A stretch of 64,000 bases of DNA from Vicugna vicugna. Its lineage: Eukaryota. A model generated the notes under the pieces. That model made no database searches. It was not told the origin of the DNA and saw only the letters and a list, made by a program, of their open reading frames with translations. The stretch's first letter is position 1. The number at the start of each line of letters is the position of its first letter. The position numbers and the translations under genes were made by a program. Positions 35,996-49,876 of the stretch are shown here, piece after piece. The DNA lies in NCBI GenBank assembly GCA_013265495.1, contig MU058844.1, positions 11,058,184-11,122,183 of the forward strand, given 5' to 3'.

Positions 35996-37519
35996 CTTTT
36001 AAGTTTAGAAGAAATGAAAATAAAAATTTGTCTTTATTTTTCCATCTCAGTTTTGCGCCATGGATTTTATTCATTTTTAAATATATCAAAGACATTTATC
36101 TGAGGAATCATAAGAGTCAATATAAAGTTCATGCTATGCAAATATGCTCTTATAGCTGGGAAGGCTGAAGCTATAAAGTTCCTGTTGAGATTAGCATAGT
36201 CCCAACATTTTGGAGTTTAAAGAAAGCTAGGAAGTGCAAAGACTGAATTACAATAAATATCAAAAAGGTCAGTTATAAGCCTTGATCCAGTGATTTTCTG
36301 GAAGATTACTGCTCCCAAATCTCCCATTTGGCCAACTGGCATATAAGTGAATGTTTATCACTGCAAGGGACAGATTTTTGTTTCCTACATAGAAAGTTAT
36401 TATTTAGGATTTGAGTGTTTTCCTTCCTCCTATTTCATTCATCCAGCCATTTATTCATTCAGTCACATATCGACATGATATGCACAGAGAAGAATGGAAG
36501 AATATTGCTGAGTATGCAAAAAATATTAGATATTAAAGACAATATATTACAGATCAAGGATATCATACCACCCAATCTTTATATAATAAAATACAGTATT
36601 TGTCAATGTATTTCTATTGGAATGGATGAGCAGTGTAAAGGAAAGAACACTAACCCTGAGCATCAGAAGATGTAATTATGTTACTTGAGCAAACCGTATA
36701 CTTGTCTTTAATATAAAGGTGCTATCAGAGTACATGCTTAAACGTGGTACTTCTTTGAGAACCCATCAGAGAAACCTCTTTGCGCTGCTGGAACCAAAAA
36801 ACTCACTCTCGCGCTCACTCACTATGTTCTTCTAAATAATTAGATTTTCTTTCAGCTTCAGGGATACCGTGTTCACTCTTTCCCTTTCCTTTATTTACTA
36901 GGAATCTCATGCCAGATTTGTGACTCCTTTAACATGGTCGTAGAGCTTAATGTTTTGACTAAGTTTAATTTTTCCTTGACTTCATAATTGATTTCTATTC
37001 CATGCCAGTGTTCGTATTTCTACAACCTTTATGAAATCAAGTGTGGTAAACAAGTAAGTAAAAGCAGCAGGATCTTCCTGTTTCACCCTCTCATTTTCCC
37101 TGTCCCCATATCCTTGTTTTTTAGACCTTGCAGTAACCTCCACACTGCAGTATCCCTTTCAGTAGATTTTCTTTGTATTATCCTCCATTACACTAATCCT
37201 GTTATCCCATTTTTTTTTAACTTACCACTCCGATATTTAATATCTCTGTTTACCATTTTATTGCTACAGAATATAATCACTGTCTTCAAGGAGAGTCTAA
37301 ATTAACTTTTTAAATTGATTTTCAACCAACAGTATACTTCATAGAAAAATATGAAAAAATACAACCAAACAAAAAAAAAAGGATATATACGTTTATCAAC
37401 CTAGAACTGAAACATTGCAAGGAAGGAGAAAATAGTATTTTTACGAATATTGATGATTATTTTATAATACGATTATCAAATGCTAAAAGGCTCATCAAGA
37501 CATTTCTTACCTGCTATGT

Positions 37520-39270
37520 GTAGTAGCTAATACTAGACTTGTTCCTTTCTGCAAACAAATATAAAACTGAGCAGAATGTTAGAGAAAACCACTCATAGAC
37601 ACAGGCAGTACGTAACTCTGATTCTCAGGACAAGGGAGACACACCATGTCAACTGCACTTTTGCTCTTTCTTTGTGCCTGTGGTCTCTTTCTAGACTATG
37701 CTATAAAGAAGAGGGGCACAAGGAGAGCACAGAAGTCTCGCTAAGCTGAGGGGCCAGCCATCAGAGATGCTGCTCAAGTAGCTGGAATTTACTGATTAGA
37801 CACCAAAAAGGGGAAAGCTGCACAGAGAGATGGGCACAGAACTCTGCGTAGAGATTCCCCAAGTGTCCTTGGCTGAGAGCTGTAAAACGTACGTACAGAC
37901 GAGTGAAAATAAAACACACACACACACATTCTGACAAGTTAAATTTAATTATCATGTAGTAATTGATCTGCCTGATTAAATAAAATCTGATACCCTTTAA
38001 GGAAGACAACATTCAGATTAACTATGGCATGAACCACAATATCCAGAATTTTAAAGAAGCAAGAAAATATGGCACAAAGTAATAGCACAGCCGGTAACAG
38101 AAACATCTTCAAGACGACCTAGATGTTGAAATCAACAGGCAAAGATTTTAATGTAAGTATTATATATATATATATGCAAGGACTAGAATAAAAGATAGAT
38201 ATAATGAGAAAACAGATAGCAAATCTCAGCAGAGGAATGAGAAATATAAACAAGAAGTAAATGATAATTCTAGTACTGAAAATTATGGTATCTAAAAAAT
38301 TGAAGAAGCAGATTGGAGACTAAATAAAAAGTTTGAAGACAAATTAATAAAAACAATTCAATCAGAAGACCAGGGAAAAGAAAGATTAAAAAAAAAAAAA
38401 CAGGAATATAGCCTCAGTGCTTAAAGAACAATGACAGGTAGTCTATCATTACAGAGTCCAATAAAGAGAAAGATGTTTGAGAGTCCAATAAAGAGAATAG
38501 AGATAGAGTACATTTTTCTTAGGACAGAAAAAAAAGTATTTTGGGGAGAGGTGGAGAATGAGAAGTAACTGTGTAATGGGATTAAGGTTTTCTTTTGGAG
38601 TGATGAAAATATTCTGGAACTATAGTGGTGATGGTTGTGCCAACATTGTTAATGCACTAAATGTAATTTACGGTCAATTTTATGTTATGTGAATGTTATC
38701 AGAGTTAAAATAAAAAGACTGCCAATATCAAAAGTTGCCATGGGTGAAACAAGAGAACACTCATATATTGCAGGTGAAAGGGTAAAAGAGTATAACCAAT
38801 TTAGAAAACACTTCAGCAGCAATTTTTTGCTAATATTTGAGATAGCCAAAACTTGGAAACAACTCAAGTATCTTTTATCAAGATGATGGATAAAAATTAG
38901 TTCATTTGTAAAATAGAACACTATTCAAAAGCAAGAAAAAAATCTGAGCCACTGATAATGCAACAACATATATGCATCTCAAAAACAATATTTGATTGAG
39001 AGAAACTAGATACATAACTATACATACTGTATGATTTCTTTCATATGAATTTCAAAAATAGGCATTATTATCTATGGTGGTAAAAATTAGAATATGAGGA
39101 GAGGAATTTACTTGTAAGGGAGCACAAGCAAACCTGCTGGGATGATGGTAATATTCTATACTTTGACTGGGATGTTTGTCATACAGTTCTATATACGTTA
39201 GTCAAAATGCATAGTACTCAACTTTTAAGACTTCTACTTCACACATCCACTAATTTTGCCACAATGAAAA
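37520..39270 (+). mobile_element. Mosaic of ancient L1M 5'/ORF1 and L1ME-type 3' fragments
   Basis: Decayed ORF1-like 'agatgttgaaatcaacaggcaaagattttaa'; 3' phrases 'ttttggagtgatgaaaatattctggaac', 'gatagccaaaacttggaaacaac', 'tacatactgtatgattt'. Confidence 0.75.
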
Positions 39271-40039
39271 CAAATGAGTATGTCAAGTATGATCAGTTTT
39301 GTCTGTAAAAATGTCTTTATAAACATCACTGTATGCATTAAAAAGATGGAGGATTTAACACCAGTTAACAGTTTTCTATAGTAGTAGATATACGCAAGGC
39401 TTTGATTTTCTATGTTCCAAATTTCATGTTTCTGTTTTAAAGAATACTGCTTTGAGTAGAAAGTAAGTTATCGATTAAAATATTAAATCTACTTGTACTA
39501 AACAATGCCGAGTGGTGTGGAAAAGATAAAGATGGATTACAGGAAAAAAAATTTTAAGGTAAAAATTTTAAGAATAATGTACAGAAATACTGCTGAAGTG
39601 AAAAGTTTTAGTTATTTTAGATATCCATTATCAGTCTGATAGATCAAGCTTTTAAAATCAGATATATAAACTAAATTACAACCCGTCTAATAGTCACACA
39701 GCTAAGAGATGAATTCACTTCCAATTAAAGGAATTACTATGCAGTTACTACACATTAGTTTTTCTCTTGAGGTGAAGGGACCCTAGAATGCATAAATATC
39801 AGAATTTAAAACTCCTAAGGAGGCTTCCTTTGTCCTTGATTGTTAATTCCATTATCCCTCTTTCTCCAGTATTCCCCAGTATCTTCACTTCTAAGGGCTA
39901 TGTCCTGTTTGTTTTTAAGCTTCTTAGTTTGTGCTAATTTGTTACAGCAGTAATAGAAAATGAATACAAGTAACATCAATAATCGGAAGTCACACAGATA
40001 ATATATATACACTGATCCTATACTTGACATTTTGTAATG

Positions 40040-40300
40040 AGAATGGTACTTTATCTCTGTGTTCGCACTCTCAAGACACAGTATCCCAGTCTAATCATGA
40101 GAAAGACATTGAACAAATTCCAACTGAGGCACATTATATAAAATCCCTGACCAGCAATCATTAAAACTGACAAGGTCATCAAAAGCAAAGCAAGTCTGAG
40201 GAAATGTTGCAGCCAAGAAGAGTTTAGGGAGACATGACCTTGTATGTAATGCAATATGTTATCCAGAATGAAATCCTGGCACAGGAAAAAAGGACCTATG
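40040..40300 (+). mobile_element. L1MC/L1MD-type 3'UTR fragment flanked by MLT1-like LTR tails
   Basis: 'ctaatcatgagaaagacat...caaggtcatcaaaagcaaagcaagtctgaggaaatg'; MLT1-like ends 'tttgttacagcagtaatagaaaatgaataca' (about 39937-39968) and 'tttgttgtgcagcaatagataa' (about 40410-40431). Confidence 0.6.
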
Positions 40301-40749
40301 GTAAAACAGAGAGGGAGAGTTGCTTAACTGAGATCAGTCAACCTCAGAACTATGAGAGAGAATATATATTTTTTTAATGTTGTTTTCAATGCCACCAAAT
40401 TCAGAGAGGTTTGTTGTGCAGCAATAGATAAAGGGAACAATCTTGGAAACTAACAAACCTCCTTTGCACCCCTTTCCCTCTCCCTCACTAAGCTTTTCTT
40501 TGCAAAGGTCTCCAGTCTACAAAAACGGCTCTTTACAAGAGAAGAATCCTCCCACTCTCAAGATCCCTAATCCTCTCCTTCTGCACAATCTCCTGATTTT
40601 TCTATGTTGAGGTGATTATTCTATAAACTAATGAAAACCAAGTCTACTGTTTGAGTAAGAAATTGTACTTTTTAACTAAATGTTCTGTTTTGAACCTTAA
40701 ATAAAAACCATCACCTTCTTATACATACAAAAATAGTACTAGTAAAAGA

Positions 40750-40975
40750 AAAGTACATTTAGTGAGTGCTTATTTTGTGCCATGTTTAAATCTTAATATA
40801 ATGCACATAATGACATTCAGCCTTACAGCTCTATGATGAACCTGCTACACTGATCTTATGGATGATGAAACCAAGATTTACGGAGATTAAGTAACTGATT
40901 AGAGTTGCACAGCCAGCAGGCACAGCAGAAAGTTTATAACTAGCCGATTTGACTTTACAATCCATGCATCTAATA
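40750..40975 (-). mobile_element. MIR SINE
   Basis: 'atttagtgagtgcttattttgtgcca...gatgatgaaaccaagatttacggagattaagtaact'. Confidence 0.7.
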
Positions 40976-42249
40976 AATACAACATACCTCCTGCCAACAA
41001 ACAAGCCAGCTGAACCACCTGGACTACGGAAACACTGAAAAAAATTAACCCCAAAGTCTTTGGGGATCTCAGAGATCAAGTCATCCTGCAACAACAGTCA
41101 CATACCTCGATACCGCTTACATGCCTCCTTTCTTGACACCTATCTTCTCTTGTAACCTCATCCCCATATATTGTGTGCATCCTCTGCCTACTCCATTTTT
41201 CTCATGGTTCCCTTCCCTTCTAACTCTTTCCTCTGGCCTCTGGAGTGGCCCTTTCATGCTCAACAAACTTTCCTTCACACTCATCTATTTCACAGTTTTC
41301 TTAATTCCAGTATCTTTCCTTCGCTGTTAATTATCCCCCATATTGTTGGCCCCATTCACCTTAGTTTCTCCCATCACCAATCAGCATCGTATTGGTGGTA
41401 ATGACAAGTGGTGTCAGCATTCACTTAGCTCCTGTTCCCCATTGTCAACTTACACCTTGATGTTACATAGAGCCCTTCTCTTTTGAGATTTGTGATATCC
41501 ATTGATACGTATCAATACAACCTTACTGTCTTTTCTTAAGACTGATATTAACCATCCTGGTCAGATCTATAGCCGCTGAAGGTGGCAGTGAGCTGATCCA
41601 GAGTGTGTCTCTCTCCATCTCTAACCTCTAGCGTTGGAATTTCTTGACCTCCTTAACTCAATAGCCAGCAACATTTTTTTTTTTAACTGAAGTCACCCAT
41701 AACCATGGTGAAATATTGGAAACTGCTCATTTTTCTCCAAAATACTGCCTTCAAATTGTAAACTTTACTACTCCATTTTCTTAATACTTTTTTGGTGACT
41801 CCAACTATATTCTTATAACACCATCCATGACCTTCTTTTTGATCCTTTATAACTCATTGGAAAAACAAAACAAACAATAATAGTCTAATCCTGAATAATT
41901 CTAACATTCTGTTTTCTTCATTTTCGCTGGAATTCTTATACAGTTGAGAGAAAGTGACTTAACTGTGTCATCTTTTGCCACTATAAATATACAGTCCCTC
42001 CAAAATTCTTGGAAATCTCTGCATATGACAGACTTTGGCTCCCTTTCCCATTCCTCAAGGCTTAATTATACTTAAATACAAACTATAAGTTCTCAAAGAC
42101 CTTCTGAAGTGCTCCTAAAAATGTTACAGATGCTCACAAAATATGATATAACCTGTCACCCCTATTATACAAATGAGGTAATCAGTAAACATCTGGAAGA
42201 AGGATTCTATTTTCTTCCTTATAGATAACTATTTAGACTTTTTTTTTCC

Positions 42250-42420
42250 AAGTACTTTATATGAATTTCAACATTTAGTCATCGCAAGAGTCTATCAAGA
42301 TGTGTATCATCACATTTTCAGATGATGAAAAAGGGTTAGAGACAATAGCTCAGGTCACAAAAAGAATGAGTATTAGAGTTCACACTTGAACCCAGTTCTA
42401 ACTAAACTGATGCCCTGGCC
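42250..42420 (-). mobile_element. MIR fragment
   Basis: 'cacattttcagatgatgaaaaagggttagaga...gctcaggtcaca...cttgaacccagttct'. Confidence 0.65.
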
Positions 42421-42800
42421 CATCACAGTCTTGGCACTCCCAAATATACCATCTGGTGCTTTCTCCTACTGGTCATGCCAATACAAACGTAGGGCTGCCT
42501 GCACTTCACTGCAACATACAGAAAGAGAATTTGCAGGCCTGGGGGAAATCATTCTGACATTTTCAAATTTTAGCAAAGTTTCAGACTTCCTATTTTGTTT
42601 CTATGCACTTAGAAATTTCTCCTCTGTTTGTCTGAGAGTTGCACCACTGAATCGAAAGAGCAGAGGCTAGAAGTTGGCAACAGCCCCGGGGAGGCACATA
42701 TCTCTAAAAAAAATCTGACAGGAAAATGACTTTTTGAGCTGAGCAGAAGCTAGCTGTGGAATACTTGCCTTCTAGTCCCTCCTGTCCCTTCTATTTTCAG

Positions 42801-42897
42801 TGTCCTGACGGTTCAGCCTGGATTATGTAAACCTCAGCAGTTTAAAGGGATAGACCCGCGACATTCACAGCGTCCCTCAACAAACCAGATGCCACAG
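42801..42897 (+). other. Candidate 97-nt spliced exon of an unidentified transcript
   Basis: Strong acceptor 'ccctcctgtcccttctattttcag|', donor 'CAG|gtacat'; four CpGs in the exon; one open frame VLTVQPGLCKPQQFKGIDPRHSQRPSTNQMPQ. Protein not recognised. Confidence 0.25.
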
Positions 42898-44699
42898 GTA
42901 CATGCATACTTTCCTTAAAATAAATTATTTTATTAAATTTTATGAGCCATTTCTGAGGTGATGGGCAGAAATCACGCATTATTGGGAAAAGATTATATAT
43001 TGATGTAATAAGTATATTGGTATAAGTATACATACATATTTTCATAAAAGCTGGAGGACATTAGAAAATGTTTAATGTCTGCACTGCACATAGACCCTGA
43101 GTTTTCTTTGTACTAGTAACCAAAAACTTGAAGTGTATGCTTGCTTGAGATATATTTGTTTTTGTTAATGTTATGTAAGTGCAGCAAAAACAAAAAGAAA
43201 TAACCAATGGTTCCAGAGGATCAAAATCCAGTTTTAGAGGCAAGTGCCTTCCTGGGTTTTTCCCCATAACATTATTTTTGGCACTTTTTCTTTTTACATA
43301 CTTGCTGAATGCATTAAATCATGCTTTATTTTTTTCCACATAAACTTAATATTTTCAAAGTTCGCATAGCCAGTAAATCTCATTTCTTATACATCCAGCA
43401 TATCCCTTGACTGGCATTTGGCATTCTCATATGAGACTACAGTTATTTTTTATTATCTTTCATTATATTCATTTAAACACATCAGTTAGTATCTGTTCAT
43501 CTTTGTAAATTCCAATCTTCTAGATGACTTGCTTAGTTTAAAGAGAATTTAACATTTTAACTCTATACATTTTCAAGTTTAAGCATGAAGCAAAAAAGCA
43601 TTCTTGTTCTTGCTATAAATTTTTACAATCAGTTTTCCAAATTGATACTGGCAGGTCTTCTGTCATTTGCAACACTGATTCTCAAACTTTGGGGTGCACC
43701 AGAAAGGCACTACAAATGTAGGTGTTATTTTCCTTCTTGAGATTGACAGAGGAGGAGCCTGGAGCATGTATGTTAAACAGCCTTCACAGGTGATTCTGTG
43801 GCACATGAAATCTGAGATCCAGTGCCTCTGTCAGATTTTTTTTAGAAGTAACTCTCTTCTCAACACATTTCAGTTTATTACGTGTCACTTTCATTATACA
43901 TTTTAGCAAGTGAGCGAGAACCTTAAATTCTATGATAGCTTTTGGAAAACTTTTGCCGAAGAATGAAACTTTTAATGTGAGCCTGTCTAGTCCATGGGGA
44001 TGGTTAGTCACTCAACAGTAACACACAGAAGGAAAATGATGGACAAAATTAATAGGGAAAGTTTTTATTAAAATTATTACTGTACTGCCTAAATTGATGA
44101 CAACATGTAATTTTCTTCTTTGCAGCCCTCACTATAATTTGCTTCATTTAGTTCACTGAGAGGAAAGTTATATTTTTCTGTGATCACTGTAGCAACATCA
44201 AAAGAAGGCGCTTTCATGGGTTAAGCATTTTATAATGCCAACCAAAAGGCACATCTTTAATAAGAAACCAAAAGGTTAATTTCAATTATGATCATCCTTT
44301 GCTTGTGACCACTTGAGTGATCCTGCTCAGATCATACAGAATATGCAAAACACACTCCTCCTACACATGTCAACCTGTTACAGAGCAAACCAGCTCTTTA
44401 AATGTTCCAGTCCTTAAAAATAGATATTTCTAAAGATCAGCCTTGGAACTCAGAATTCACAGTCCCAACTTTCTTGTAAAAAAAAAAGAAAGAAAGAAAA
44501 TTAATAGGATAGCTCTCACTGTATTTACTTTTCCTTGAGTCTTTGGTATCTCTCCTTGACATTGTTATGATCTCAAGAATCCATTTCTCTGTTCCTAAAC
44601 TCTTGGATTTCTTCAAGGATAAGGGCAATGCATCCCCTATTAAGAGAAAGTTGCTTTCTGAGGCCATATGATTCTCAAGGAGAGAAATACATCTTTCAC

Positions 44700-45240
44700 C
44701 TCTAAATCTAACTACATCATTTTCCAACTTGAAACCCAAGTGTTATCCTCACAGTATAAAATTAAAATTCCACAACATGGCTTAAGCCTCTGTCCAATCT
44801 TGATTCTTTCTCTTTCTCCAGCCTCATCTCCTACTATTCCTACCTCCTCCCTGAAAATTCAGGGCCACACCAAACTACTGGTAGCTCCCTGCACGTTGTT
44901 TTGTTTCTTTTCTCATTGTCCATTCTCTCTTCGTAGTAGACATCCCCACTTCTTACATTCTTCTTGCCTGGTTCTGGAGGCTACCTACCTTCTCAGTCTC
45001 ACAGCTCAGAAAAGGCAGGTCGCAAGAATCCTCCTTGACCAGCAGGCTAGGATAGATGACATTCCCTATAGTTCCACAATACTTAGTGCATATTTTGTCA
45101 GAGTGCATTTTTTAAAAATTGTGTTTATTTATCATTAGACTGACCTATTAGAGGATAGGAAATATGTCTAATTCATCTTGAACATTTCTAGAAATAGTCT
45201 CAGAGCTGCCCCTCAATAAATGTTCAATAAGGGAATGAAT
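44700..45240 (+). mobile_element. L2 3' fragment
   Basis: 'cattagactgacctattagaggataggaaatatgtctaattcatctt...ctcaataaatgttcaataagggaatgaat' is an L2-type terminus. Confidence 0.65.
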
Positions 45241-47175
45241 AGACATTTCTACCCCTAAATGGGATATAGATAGCATATGAGGTGCCAATGAGTATTTGCT
45301 GAATTGAGTGTATCAGGCTAGAATTCCCTACTGCAGGCGGCTGTCTGATACCAAGTCAAAGAACTGCATCTTTTTCTTGCTCTGAAATTTTGTCCCAGGG
45401 TAGTAATATTTTCCTTTATTTACTTTATAAGTATTTTAATATGTTGAAGATATGTAACTATTTGTTGACTGAATGTTTTCCTCATTTGTCTATGAGGGCC
45501 ATAACATTATTGGTTTTATACCCTCGGGGTGGAAACTTCTCGTGTTAGGCATTTTAAGTCTCTTGGTTCAAAAGAGACACATAGTGACTACTTCTTGAAT
45601 AAGAAAATAAACAAATGGATGAATAGATTCCACTGTTCAGGATTTCTTATTTTGTTATTTCGAATGTGGATAACAGCCAGTAATCAGGACCAGATCAAGA
45701 TGGCAAACAATAAAAATGTCTTGAATTTTGAAAGGAAGTTCAAAAGTCACAATCAGCACTTTTGCTATTTGAACAAAGGACCTCTCATCTGACAGAGCAA
45801 GAAAGACATATGCGTAGATACACAGATTGGATATGCACATCTATAAATATTTCTAAATGCCAATATCGGTATGACATTAAGCACGATGTGAGTTGATACT
45901 GATGTCTCTGCTCTAATCCACAACCGCATGGGTTACTCTAGCCTTTCTCCCGTATTTTCACATAACCTGCACTCCAAAAGTTAGAAAACCAATTCCCACC
46001 ACCCCGTTCCACTCGCTTAACTTCAGTTCCAATGCATAGTGGTTTCAGAATTGCTAACCCATACTCCTGTGGGAACCAATTTTATCAACTAGAGTTCAGT
46101 GTTCATGCAAAGTTCCTTTTGCCTTCAGTCTTACAGATGCCACTAAGTTTGCAAAGTTACCTACTTAGGTGAGCACCTTATTCCCCAACTCTGTTTCTTA
46201 TTTTCTAGTGTTAAGGTTTTTTTTTTTTTCTTTTTGGTCTCATCCCATATTCATCTTGAGATCCCTTAACTTCAATAAACATTTTAAACATTTGCATACA
46301 TAAGAGTTCACCATTACATAGTAAAGTTATGTGGATACTGACAAGCACACAATGTGATCTATTTGCCAATAGTACCATGTGGAATAAATTTACTGCCCTT
46401 AAAAGTCTCCTTTGCATTACTTATTTATTCCTTCCTCATCCTCCAAGCTTCTAACCACTGGTCTGGTCACTGCATCTATAGTCTTGCCTTTGCAGAACTT
46501 CACTTAAATGAAATAAAAAAATATGTTGCCTTTTCAAACTGGCCTCCTTCACTTAGCAATATACATTTAAGATTCACCCATATCTTTCTGTGTGCTTGAG
46601 AGCTCATTCTCTTTTATTGCCAAATAATACTCCATTACAGGGATATACTACATGTAGTTTATCCATTGTTGCAGGACATCTTGGTTGGTAACAGTTGTGG
46701 GTGATTATGAATGGAGCTGCTTGCTATAAACAGTCTCATGCAGGATTATGTGTACATGTAAGTTTTTAAATCAGTTGAGTGAACGCCTAATAGTGCAGTG
46801 ATGAAGCATATTTCAAACACTATGTTTTGCTTTACAAGAAACTGCCAAACTGTCTTCCAAAGTGGGTGGGTATACTATTTTGCCCACCCACTGCAATGAT
46901 GGAGAATTCTTGTTAATCCACATCCTTACCAGCAACTGGTAGTCCCAGTTTTTAAAATTTACTCTTAACTATTCCAATAGATAGATAATATAGTGTTTTT
47001 TCACTGTTACTTTGATTTGCATTTCACTAACACATGATATTGCACATCTTTTTATATGTTCATTTGACGTACTTATATTTTCTTCAGTGAGGTATTTATT
47101 CAAATCTTTTGCCCATCTTTAAAGTGAGTAGTTTGTTTTATTGTTGAGTTCTAAGTGTTTTTGTTTTTTTTTTAA

Positions 47176-47925
47176 ATACTGTTTTCATAATGGCTGCACC
47201 AAACTACATTCCCACCAACAGTGTAAGAGGGTTCCCTTTTCTCCACACCCTCTCTAGCATTTATCATTTGTGGACTTTTGAATGATGGCCATTCTGACAG
47301 GTGTAAGGTGATACCACTCACTCCTGCCACTTCTATTCAGCATAGTTTTGGAAGTCCTAGCCACAGCAATTAGGAAAGAAAAAGAAATAAAGGGGATCCA
47401 AATTGGAAAAAACAGAGGTACAATTGTCACTATATGTAGATGACATGATAATATATATTGAAAATCCTAATGACTCCACACAAAAACTACTAGAACTGAT
47501 AAATGAGTTCAGCAAGATAGCAAGATACAAAATTAACATACAGAAATCAGTTGCATTTCTTTACAATAACAATGAAGTATCAGGAAAAGAAAGTATATAA
47601 ATAATCCCTTTTAAAATTACAACCAAAACAATAAACTACTTAGGAATAAATTTGACCAGAAGATGAAAGACTTATACATAGAGAACTACAAAACATTGAT
47701 TAAGGAAATTAAAGATGACTTAAAGAAATGGAGAAATATCCCATGTTCTTGGACTGGAAGAATCAATATTGTTAAAATGGCCATGATGCCCAAGGCAATC
47801 TACAGATTTAATGCAATTCCTATCCAATTACCCATGACGCTTCTCACAGACCTAGAACAAATAATCCTAAAATTTATATGGAATCACAAAAGATCTAGAA
47901 TTGCCAAAGCAATACTGAACAAAGA
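47176..47925. mobile_element. Younger L1 ORF2 piece with an internal inversion
   Basis: 47176-47315 is antisense ORF2 C-terminus; 47316-47925 is sense RT region (LYVDDM in ORF 47403-47600; [14 protein letters not shown] in ORF 47663-48058). Confidence 0.9.
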
Positions 47926-48741
47926 TATTTTAAATTCCCTGTCAAATAAGATTCTAAAATCTGTGTCATGTGTGAGTATGATTCTGATAATTGCTTTGTT
48001 TTGTTTCTTCATATGGTACTTTTCTTCCCTTCTGAGGTACCTTGTAAGTTTTGGCTAAAAGAGAGAGGCGTTGTATTAGCTACTAGTAACAGAGGTAAAC
48101 AGGCCCATAAAGCAAAGCTTTGTGGTTATCTGGTTGGGAGCTGGGCTGTGTTTAATGTTTGCCCTAGCCGTAAGTGCCCAAGGCTTTAAATTCTTCCAGG
48201 ATCCTGGTTTTTGTTTCGTCTCTTGACTTTGGCCTTCTCTTCAGTTTGTCTTGAGTTCTCTCTGCTATGCCTCACTGTTACTACACAGGAATCCTGTTGG
48301 TACAGCAGTATGGTTTGGTAGAAGGCTATCCCTATAATCTTATGATTGAGTATCAGTCTTTTAGTGGGCTTGTGTGGGCTGTGACCTTCGACAGTGTTTT
48401 TCCTGAAGCACAGACACCACCATCCCATCTCTACTCCCATCCCTAATGGAAGCATTTCTAATCTATTTCCTTGACTCTGTCCCTTTTGACTGTGTGTCCT
48501 CCCCTTGCCTCTTTGGTGAGACAGAGAGGGTATGGAGGCTGAAGCTAAGCCTCATAAATGATTGCTTCCTGGAGATCAGGCCTTTGCTATGGAAAAAGTA
48601 CTGAATATTTTTCATAATGACTGTTCTTCTCCTTCCCTTGCCAGAACCAGGGGGGTCCTTCTCAGATCTTCAACACGAGAACCTAGCAGGATTTCTGGCA
48701 GTAGAACCCACAATGGACTAGAGGGCCCCCAAGACGTTCTC

Positions 48742-49607
48742 TTTTTTTTTTCATTTTTAAAATTTGTGTACTTATTTTACAATTACCATTTTTTAAATTG
48801 AAGTAGAGCTGATGTACAATATTATATGTTACAGGTATACAATGTAATACTTCACAAATTTTAAAGGTTATATTCCATTGATAGTTATTGTAAAATATTG
48901 GCTGTGTTCCCCATGTTGTACAATACATGCTTGTAGCTTATTTTATACCTTATAGTTTATTACTTCTTAATCCTCCACCTCCATCTTGCCCCTCCCCTGC
49001 CCTCTCCCGCTGGTAACCACTAGTTCCTTCTCTACATCTGTGAGCCCGTTTTTCTGTTACATTCACTAGTTTGTTGTATTTTTTTTTGACTCCACATGTA
49101 AGTGATTATCTTACAGCGTCTGTCTTTCTCTATCCAACTTATTTCACTTAGCATAATGCCATCCAAGTCCACCTATGCTGCACACCAGAAACTAATACAA
49201 CGTTTAAAATCAACTGTACTTCCATTAAAAAACAACCAACCCACCCACTTGAAATAAGGGCAGAAGAACTGAACAGAAATTTTTCCGAAAGAGGAAATGC
49301 AGATGGCCAGCAGGAACACGAAAAGTTGCTCAACATCACAACATCAGGGAAATGCAAATCAAAATCACAATGAGGTATCATCTCACACCTGTCAGCATGG
49401 CCATCATCAAAAAGAACACAAATAAGAGATGTTGTCAAGGATGTGGAGAAAAGGGAACCCTTGTACGCTGTTGGTGGGAATGTAAATTGGTGCAGCCACT
49501 ATGGAAAATAGGGAGGTTTCTCAAAAACCTAAAAATAGAACCACCATATGGCTCAGCAGTTCCACTCCTGGGCATGTATCAGAGAAAAAGAGAAACATTA
49601 ATTCAAA
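48742..49607 (-). mobile_element. 5'-truncated, 5'-inverted (twin-primed) L1 insertion
   Basis: T-rich tail and antisense 3'UTR at 48742-49178, then sense ORF2 C-terminus ([13 protein letters not shown]...[13 protein letters not shown]) to about 49607; degenerate TSD aagacgttctc (48731-48741) vs aaggggtttctc (49608-49619). Confidence 0.85.
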
Positions 49608-49745
49608 AAGGGGTTTCTCACTCTTACACTAGTCCACATTCAATCTTTCAAATTTTGTGAAAATGGCAATAAAAGTGTTAGACCAGTTAGTTTATGACTC
49701 AAGTGTTCTGCTCCAAGTAAGTGTATCTCAGATGTGACTCTCAGT

Positions 49746-49876
49746 AAGAGAGAGAGGGATGGAGAGACAGGAGGGGAGAGGGAGCAGGGGGGCAGTGGGG
49801 GAGGGGGGAGAAGAGAGAGAGAGACAGAGACAGAAAGAGAGAAAGAACTCTCACACACTCTCACTCTCTCTCTCTA
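49746..49876. repeat. GA-rich / CT-rich low-complexity tract
   Basis: Imperfect (GA)n and G runs followed by (CT)n. Confidence 0.8.

Noticed and set aside
38449..38497. Short direct repeat (agagtccaataaagagaa twice)
   Set aside because: Local slippage duplication inside a decayed L1; only two copies, not CRISPR-like.
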